A stretch of 64,000 nucleotides of DNA from positions 376,898,001-376,962,000 of the forward strand of contig OZ024741.1 of assembly GCA_964016885.1 (NCBI GenBank), read 5' to 3'. Shown piece by piece: positions 56,286 through 64,000 of the stretch (position 1 is the first letter of the stretch; each line of letters begins with the position of its first letter). The translations under genes and the position numbers were made by a program. The notes beneath the pieces were generated by a model that saw nothing but the letters and a program-made list of their open reading frames with translations, ran no database searches and had not been told where the DNA came from. The DNA comes from Eledone cirrhosa. Lineage: Eukaryota.

Positions 56286-56472
56286 TGTATATATATATAT
56301 ATATACTTACAGTATTTACCTATCGAGAGAGAGAAAAAAGGGGAAGATAGGTGATACATATATTTATCTGCCAAGTAGCGTATGCCAAAGGGGCTCGATA
56401 CTAGTGCCGGCAGTATTAAATATTCGAAGTGTTAATATTTAGTGGGCTAGAGAGTTAGCAGAGCGTAAGCAC

Positions 56473-58473
56473 GTGGGAAAGTAATAAATCGGAGAATAAA
56501 CCGTTAAAACATGTTTATTTAAAACTGCACCTACGTACGTTTCGCCCAGTTGGGCTTCTCAAGGGCATAAATAATCAAAAGTGTTCCTTACATTGCTCGG
56601 AAAGAGTTTTGGGGGTTAAATCCACGTCAAGGTTCATTGCTCGCAAAAATAGCTTGTTTTGATTTTGCAGCAGGTCAAGGGAGGTAACTCTGGCCGGTGT
56701 TAGGGCAGTCTTTCCCGGACAACTTTTTTTTATCCGCTACGAGATGAGGTTACAACCTTACCATTGTCGATACGCATGAAATCAACGCTTATTTTGAGAG
56801 TTTACGGATATAATAGAATAGATAACCGCACTAAAGAGCACGACCCCGGCGACGGTGACCACTGTAGATTACTCGAACTATTCTCCTATTACAAAACCAA
56901 CAAAGGTGACGGCCTACTACCAACGCCTTCCAACCAACATCTTCCTGTACATAAACATGGAAGAGGTAGGAAGAGTGCACCGGAGCATAAAGTGAAAGGG
57001 GCACCGAACGGGCGGCTGCGCATTAACACACATAAGAGCAGTCACCTAAATGGAACCACACGCAGCAAACGTACAAGGACACGTAATCGTCACCGCAACG
57101 TCCTATTGTTCCCCCCCTACTCCCGGAGTGTAGCCTCCAACATACTCCGGATGTTCTTCGAAGCCTTAGAGAAGAACTTCCCGCCCAACCATAGGTATAG
57201 AACAATTCCTAATAGGAACAATATAAATATATCCTTCTCTACTACTCCTAACCTAGCAGACATCATAGGAACAACGAACCACAGTAAGATCACCGAGACA
57301 CAGCACCTCGACTCAGACGCCCCCAAACCTGACAATAACTATATCGGCCTTAACAACTCCCTGGCAGCATCCAATAGTGTTGGCAACGGCATCCGCAGAC
57401 GCAACCAGCATAACCGCGAAATGACTGGGGAACATGCAGGACATGACGTGCTGAATTAAAATCGCACCACCTCGCGTGCTGTGGGTTGTAATTGTGCTAA
57501 CGACAGCTGCGGTAGCGTAGGTAACAACATAGGCAGCAACAATGATAGCCTTACCGTGGGAAATGGACGGAACCGCGGCAGAAATTGGAACTGCCGCGAC
57601 AGAGGACGCTGCCCGCTTAGAGGATACTGCTTGACTGATCGGGTTATATATAGATGCACTATAACTAACCACAATAGCGTTAAACATTATATAGGGGCTA
57701 CGTATGGCCCGTCCAAAATTAAGTTTCGAACACATCTCCACTCTTTCACAAATAAAAAACTAAGACACTCCACTTCGCTCACGGACTACATTACATCACT
57801 AAGGACTTAAACATCAGCTTCTCCACGCACTGGGATAGTATCGGCAAGGCTGCACCGTACAACTTCAAGAAGAAATGCGATCGTTGCCTAATGGAGTCTA
57901 CCACATCATAACTGCACCCCACGAGCTCATCAGCAGCAGAGCTGAAACAGCGATAAGTTGTACACATCGCTTAAAAAGATCCTTCTTCAGATGGGTTAAG
58001 GATGAGGAGTGAAACCGTGCACCCGATCTCCCTGCAACAAGTCTTAACACCCCGGGGGGCAGGCGCTGCAAAATAACTCCCAGGAAACTATCCTTGCATA
58101 CCAGATCCAGCCTCAAACGACTCAGACAAACAGATGCGGAAAAGAAAACTCTCAAAATAAGCGTTGATTACATGCGTATCGACAATGGTAAGGTTGTAAC
58201 CTCATCTCGTAGCGAATAACAAAATTTGTCCGGGAAAGACTGCACTAACACCGGCCAGAGCTAACTCCCTAGATCTGCTGCTAAATCAAAACAGGCTATT
58301 TTTGCGAGCAATGAACCTTGACGTGGATTTAACCCCAAAAGCTCTTTCCGAGCAATGTAAGGAACACTTGATTATTTATGCCCTTGAGAAGCCCAACTGG
58401 GCGAAACGTACGTAGGTGCTGTTTTAAATAAACATGTTTTAACGGTCTATTCTTCGATTTCTTACGTTCCCAC
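56473..58473 (+). mobile_element. 5'-truncated PLE (Naiad-type GIY-YIG) with ~330-bp inverted pLTR
   Basis: Arms 56473-56803/58146-58473; RNVLLFPPYS..NFPPNHRYR..NRNNINISFSTTPNL; NCR..CPLRGYCL..VIY..YIGAT..RTHLHSF. Confidence 0.9.
58380..58419 (+). ncRNA. Type I hammerhead, U3-A8 variant (identical mirror copy 56527-56566 on minus)
   Basis: GCCC-TTGAGAA-GCCC-aact-GGGC-GAAA-CGTACG-TA^-GGtGC. Confidence 0.85.
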
Positions 58474-58510
58474 ATAGATATACTTATATATACATACATG
58501 TATATATATT

Positions 58511-58580
<70 letters not shown>

Positions 58581-58617
58581 CATACATACATGTACATATA
58601 TATACACATGTATATAT

Positions 58618-58650
<33 letters not shown>

Positions 58651-59168
58651 GTAGAATAATCGAGTATCGAAAAATCGGCGCACGAGTTCACGATAAACAA
58701 AATTCGAAATGAGCGGCAGAGGGCTCAATAATTCAGATAAATCAGAGCTATAACTATCGTTAAAATACCGTCACACATAGAACAAGTCTATAATCAACCG
58801 TACGACCGAAAATTTGCGATCTGAAAGATTCGGGACACTCAGAAAAAATATCAATAAATCAATAAATCAATAAATCAAATGAATGTAAAAAGCATACCCG
58901 GACCCGCTAGAAAGATGGTAAATCTAGCTTCTTGGGTTTCTGTAAATCCTTAAACTGCTCTCTATCAGCTCACATAAAAATATATAAGACTTCTAGATGT
59001 CAGCGGACGGGAAATTTACTTCCTCAACGAGCTTTTGTCCGAACGAATGAAATGGCATAACCCAGGCTGAAGAAAAGCACATGGAATTCAGCAAGGGAGA
59101 TAACCTTTATATCCGCAAAAAATATTCGGGAAAATGTGGAAATACACATATCATATATATATATATTA

Positions 59169-59204
<36 letters not shown>

Positions 59205-59296
59205 CATGCGTACATATACACATATATATTTAGTTTCAGAAGATCCCGTTAAGTGTGAATGAGGCGATTCTTTGCTGAAACTTTAATCTGTTATTT

Positions 59297-59352
<56 letters not shown>

Positions 59353-59499
59353 ATAATTAAAACATTGAAGACTTCAATGCAAAGAGGGCTCGATAAGGAT
59401 AAATATATATCGAATATATAAGAACAGTAGAGCAAAACTTTAATCTGTTATTTTAACGAATATATATATATATATATATATATATATCTATCTAGGGCG

Positions 59500-60228
59500 G
59501 GTAAATTTCCCGAGATCCATGGACGAGTTCTCTCCAGCGGTTTCTATCCCTCATTATCGCTGCCATGTCCCGCGTCTCCAACAGACCAGTGTCTGTCATT
59601 ATGGCATCAACATAGGTTAACCTTGGTCTTCCTCTTCAAGTGTGTCCATCTAGGGCCTCCCACAGGAGCACTGATTTCAATGTCAACTCTGCATGTCGGT
59701 GAGCATGTCCAGCTAAACTCAGTCTCCTCTGTGTCACTTTTGAGCTGACTTTTGGGAGGCTCCGATACAGCTCTGAGTGTTTCATCCTCAGTGTATACTG
59801 ATTAATGTTTAGAGCCATCCTTAGCATTCTCGTTAAGCACCCATCCACCATCTGAGTGAGTTTCTTGGTCAGTGTCCAAGTCTCAGACCCGTACAGCAGC
59901 ACAGACTCCACTACAGCAATAAAATGCGGATTTTCAGGTCTTTACGAAGGTCCGACTTCCACACCGATCTCAAGCTGTGGCACACCGCCCTGGCTTTGCT
60001 CTTCCTCTCAACCACATCACCTTCCGTATTCACAATCTTTGCTCCCAAATACAGGAAGTCCTCAACCAATTCTAGCGGCTTCCCGCCTACATTAGCGATC
60101 CTCTCTGGCTTCTCAACATTCTCTACCAGATATTTTGTTTTAGTCTCATTCATTCTCAGCCCCACACTCATCGACACAGTCTCAAGCTCCTGCATCAAAT
60201 CCTCTGCCTCCTTCACTGTATTTGTCAC
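59500..60228 (-). mobile_element. RTE-clade LINE 3' fragment
   Basis: VGLRMNETKTKY..VEDFLYLG..ESVLLYGSETWTLTK..RMLRMAL..RRLSLAGHAHRH..LLWE..GRPRLTY.D. Confidence 0.88.
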
Positions 60229-62195
60229 CAACCTCGCCACCGACTTTGAGATAGATAAGAAGCTACAATCTCTAGCTAAGCGAGAGGCGTTCCTCAACCT
60301 GAAATATCACAAGTTAGACTTTACTGCTAACCCTACATGTAGACTAATAAACCCGGCACGCACAGATATGGGACTAGTCAGTAAGGCCATATTTAGTAAC
60401 ATAGTTAAGTCCATTACAACCAATTCCAACCTGCCCCAGTGGGAGAACAGCGACTCCGTAATTAAGTGGTTTAACTCCTTAAAATAAAAAAAAGCGAAGT
60501 TCACACAGTTTGACATTGTCGATGTATACCCGTCGATCTCAGAGACCCTCTTAAACAAAGCGTTGGACTTCGCTACCACTTACACCATCGTCGATGGTTT
60601 AGACGGAAATCATCGCTCACTGCCGGAAAACCCTCCTCTTCAGCGACGGAGTAGCCTGGGCAAATAAGTCTACATCTTCAGACCTGTTCGACGTCTCCAT
60701 GGGATCGTTTGACAGTGCTGACGTATGTGACTTGGTTGGCCTTTTTATCTCAGACATATTACGTGTTAGATTCCTGGACTTCCACACGGGAATATACCGT
60801 GACGATGGACTGACTTTATCGAGCCATAAAAGTGGTCACGACCTCGACCGGTTTAAAAAAGACTTAGCTTCTACCTTCAATGAGTTAGGCCTTAGGATAA
60901 CAGTAGCCACCAACCTCTCTAGCGTAGATTTCTTAGATATTAATTTAGACCTTCGCACACACAGCCACATACCCTTCCATAAGCTAAACGAGAAACTTAA
61001 TTACATTCACAAGGACTTATGCCACCCTCCCACTGTTTTTAAAAAATTTCGTTAAGAATATCAGTACTAGAATCTCAACCTCTCCTCTAATAGGGCTATC
61101 TTTGACAGGGCGGCACCCTACTATAACACGGCGTTGGCTAAAAGCGGCTTCTCACAACCTATCACCTACTCTCCCACTAGCAACAACACCATTAAGAAAA
61201 GTAAGCGCATCTATAGACAAACTATCTGGTTCTCTCCTCCCTTCTCACTCAACGTTAAAACCAATGTAGGCAAACAACTTTTAGCCCTCTTAGATAGACA
61301 CTTGCCCATAGGTCATAAATACCGCTCCATCTTTAACCGACACAAAGTTAAACTAGGATACTCCTGCGCTAAGAACATGAAGGCCCACATCAACAGCAGC
61401 CCTAGGAGCAACACCCCACCAGGGTGCTCTTGCCGTAAGCCTGAAGCTTTCCCCCTTGAACAGCAATGGAACACACCAGCTGTAATCTATGAAGCTGTGG
61501 TCACTTCCAACCGACCAAACGAACCACAGGAGGTCAAATCCTATGTGGGCATGGCGGAGGGCCGATTCAAGGAGTGTTTCCTGAACCACCAGTCTACCTT
61601 CAGATACCCGGACAGACGTTCCTCCACGAAACTCGCGAGCCACTTATGGTCCCTCAAGGACTCAAGTATAGGCTACTCTATTCAATGGAAAGCCATCACT
61701 AAGTCCCACCCATACGCAAGGGGAAATCCGACGTGTGGCTTATGTACCAACGAACGAATAACTATCCTAAAGAGATTACGCAATAGTGATTGCCTAAACA
61801 CGAGAGATGAATTGTTCACACGTTGTCCACACGTCACCAAACATCTATTGAATAACTACAAGGCTGCGGACTGATTCTTTGTAATTTTATTTTTAACTTT
61901 TTAAATTTTATTTTCAACCTAAAAACTTTCCGGACTTTCACAGTTATCTCCCTTACACCTCCCGTACGCAGTCTAGTATTACCTGTGTGATGTGACCGAG
62001 CTTATGCGCATGCGCGTTCGTACGGTTGTCCTTCCTGTTCCTATAACCATACACATCCCGAGCTGAAGATCCGCGAAGGTGAAACAATTGTTCTCGGTAT
62101 GGTGAACTAACTGTTGTGTAACCACTTCTACCTAACTCTTCCCTTCGACTGATTGCTCTACCACGACGGATATTACCTTCCAGTGTTCCACCACT

Positions 62196-62198
<3 letters not shown>
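60229..62198 (+). mobile_element. PLE (Naiad-type) RT + GIY-YIG + 3' UTR, degenerate
   Basis: CRLINPA; FDIVDVYPSI; MGSFDSADVCDLVG; GIYRDDGL; FLDINLDL; WFSPPFS; VIY..SYVGMAEGRFK..NH; CGLCTNE; RCPH; stop 61874; ends in (TA)n. Confidence 0.95.
62037..62107 (+). ncRNA. Type I hammerhead variant (U10.1-U11.1, U17) in PLE 3' UTR
   Basis: gttc..ACCATA-cacatc-CCGAG-CTGAAGA-T-CC-gcgaa-GG-T-GAAA-CAATTG-TT^-CTCGG-TATGGT-gaac. Confidence 0.8.
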
Positions 62199-62275
<77 letters not shown>

Positions 62276-62563
62276 ACAAAATAAGATGCTGAGGTTACAT
62301 ATATCGTTTAATCATAATAATTATTTCCACGGTTCTCCATGCAATCGAAATGTCCTTCATGAATTTGCTATTGATTATGTGAACGGTACCCTCGGATGGA
62401 AATCGATATGTTTGATATGTCGCTGGCAGGAAAAAACACATGTACTAATGCCTGTGTGCCCTGCATGTAGAGACATGTAACGTCAGCATCTTATTTCGTT
62501 ATTTTTATAACATTCTTAATCGTAACTAAAAACAACGATTGTCCTAACAACAACCTTGTCCGA

Positions 62564-62597
<34 letters not shown>

Positions 62598-62598
<1 letters not shown>

Positions 62599-63300
62599 AA
62601 ATAAAATAAAATAAATAAGTCAAATGTTTAAAATTTGGCTTCGTTTATTACTGCTATATATATTTCGGTGACAGCCATCTTTGGTTGTCACCTCTTCAGG
62701 CAGTCCTAATTAGTGTGGTAGAGACGAGTACACATGTTGTTGAGGTGTATAAATTTGTCAATACTCTGATATGCCCAGTTCCTGGTTGTGTTGTTATTTC
62801 TCTGAGGAACTGGAATCATATGAATTCAAACAAACGAATTTCAGCGTCAAAGGGCCTCTTCTCCTTTCATTGGTCAGTTGTTAGAACATTCCCCAGTCAA
62901 AAGTCTATAGAAATTCGTTCTGAGGCAAGCCAATCTGTAGTTGTTGTTCTTGTTATTGTTAGGTACACCTGACCTCTATTCTTGTGTTGGTAGTGGTGTT
63001 ATTGTTGGAGTCAGCTAAAAAAAAAAAGTGATAAAGTGGTAGAGCGAATAAGATGGTAAAGGGACAAACTAAAATAAAATAATCGAATAAAATGTGTGTG
63101 TGTGTTATACCCATCTCAATGTTATAAAGATTTGTAAGGTCAAACTTCCCATTGGTCAGTTTTGAGAGCATTCCTCAGTCCAAAGTCAATAGAAATTATT
63201 TCTGGGGTGAGGCTCCCTGTAGTGTTTGTGTTTGCTATTGTTAAGTACATCAGACCTCTACCCTTATTTTGGTAGTGTTGTTTGTGTTGTGGTCAGCTTA
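62598..63300 (-). mobile_element. Decayed PLE 3' end with internal ~280-bp duplication
   Basis: Residual TFDWG coding trace, terminal HHR and (TA)n; 62868-63000 resembles 63150-63285. Confidence 0.5.
62650..62704 (-). ncRNA. Type I hammerhead ribozyme, intact canonical core
   Basis: Minus strand ACTGC-CTGAAGA-GGTGACAACCA-aaga-TGGCTGTCACC-GAAA-TATATA-TA^-GCAGT; (TA)n ~50 nt downstream. Confidence 0.93.
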
Positions 63301-64000
63301 TGTCTTGCTGCTGCTGACAATTTAGAAGTATCTGTATGTGTGTTTCTTCACCCCTCCTTCCACCATCTCTGGTGGTGGTGGTGGTGGTGGTGAAGAAATA
63401 GAAGGAAATAAAATGAAGTAAACAGAAAATAAATAATAGATAGAGAATAAATGAATGAAAAGGTAATGAAAAATTAATGAAAAGTGAATATGGAAAATGA
63501 AAAATGAAAATGAAAAGTGAAAAATAAAATGAAGATTCGAATAAAATAAGATAAAATGTGTGTGTGCTACAACCAATCTCAAGGTCAGAAATATGTTGGA
63601 TAGATTGGTAGGAGGAAAAAGATGGTTAAAGAATAAAACGAAATAGGATAACCAAATAAAATGTGTGTGTGTTATAACCAATCTCAACTTAAATATAAAT
63701 ATAAGGTGATAAAGTGAAGAAAACAGAAAACAAATAACAAATGTATAATGAGAAATCAAAATTGAAAAATCAAAAATCAGGTAAATTAAAATGTGTGTAT
63801 GTTATAAAGATGTTGGCCATATTATAAAGGCTGTGTCAGAATCAATCTCTAGGCTATCATGTTGTCTGCTCAGCCTGGGTTGGTCCCTATGGCTTGAATG
63901 GAGTTACCAAACTATGGTGTTGTTACTGCCCATATAGCTTGAGGGAGGTTTGGCCGGGAGGTGTCTACATGTTCTGGAGAAGTCCCTATAGCTTGAGAGG

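Noticed and set aside
59911-60487. ORFs apparently fusing RTE and PLE sequence
   Set aside because: Chance read-through across the junction (~60228) of two oppositely oriented insertions.
57481-61874. Selenocysteine-encoding Naiad elements
   Set aside because: I saw no in-frame TGA at conserved Cys positions. Two TGG codons at Cys sites are not sufficient evidence, and no SECIS was identified.

Overview
AT-rich, microsatellite-saturated animal genomic DNA. The tRNA-derived SINE family and repeat landscape suggest a cephalopod such as Octopus (inference). I found no supportable host protein-coding gene; most listed ORFs are translations of (TA)n/(CA)n/(GA)n tracts. The window holds decayed mobile elements: several Penelope-like elements (PLEs, RT + GIY-YIG, some with inverted pseudo-LTRs), a Helitron head-to-tail dimer and a second Helitron array, two R4/Dong LINEs ending in (TAA)n, Tx1/L1, RTE, CRE and APE-type LINE fragments, SINEs and a probable BEL/Pao LTR+PBS. 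The main hidden signal is about 15 type-I hammerhead ribozyme (HHR) motifs, read by eye. Most lie roughly 30-200 nt upstream of a (TA)n tract at the 3' end of PLEs or tiny non-coding elements. They include intact canonical cores, three separate elements with the compensatory U3-A8 core, and U17 variants. One is a ~306-nt retrozyme-like unit whose direct repeat starts at the predicted cleavage site and which carries an octamer motif.
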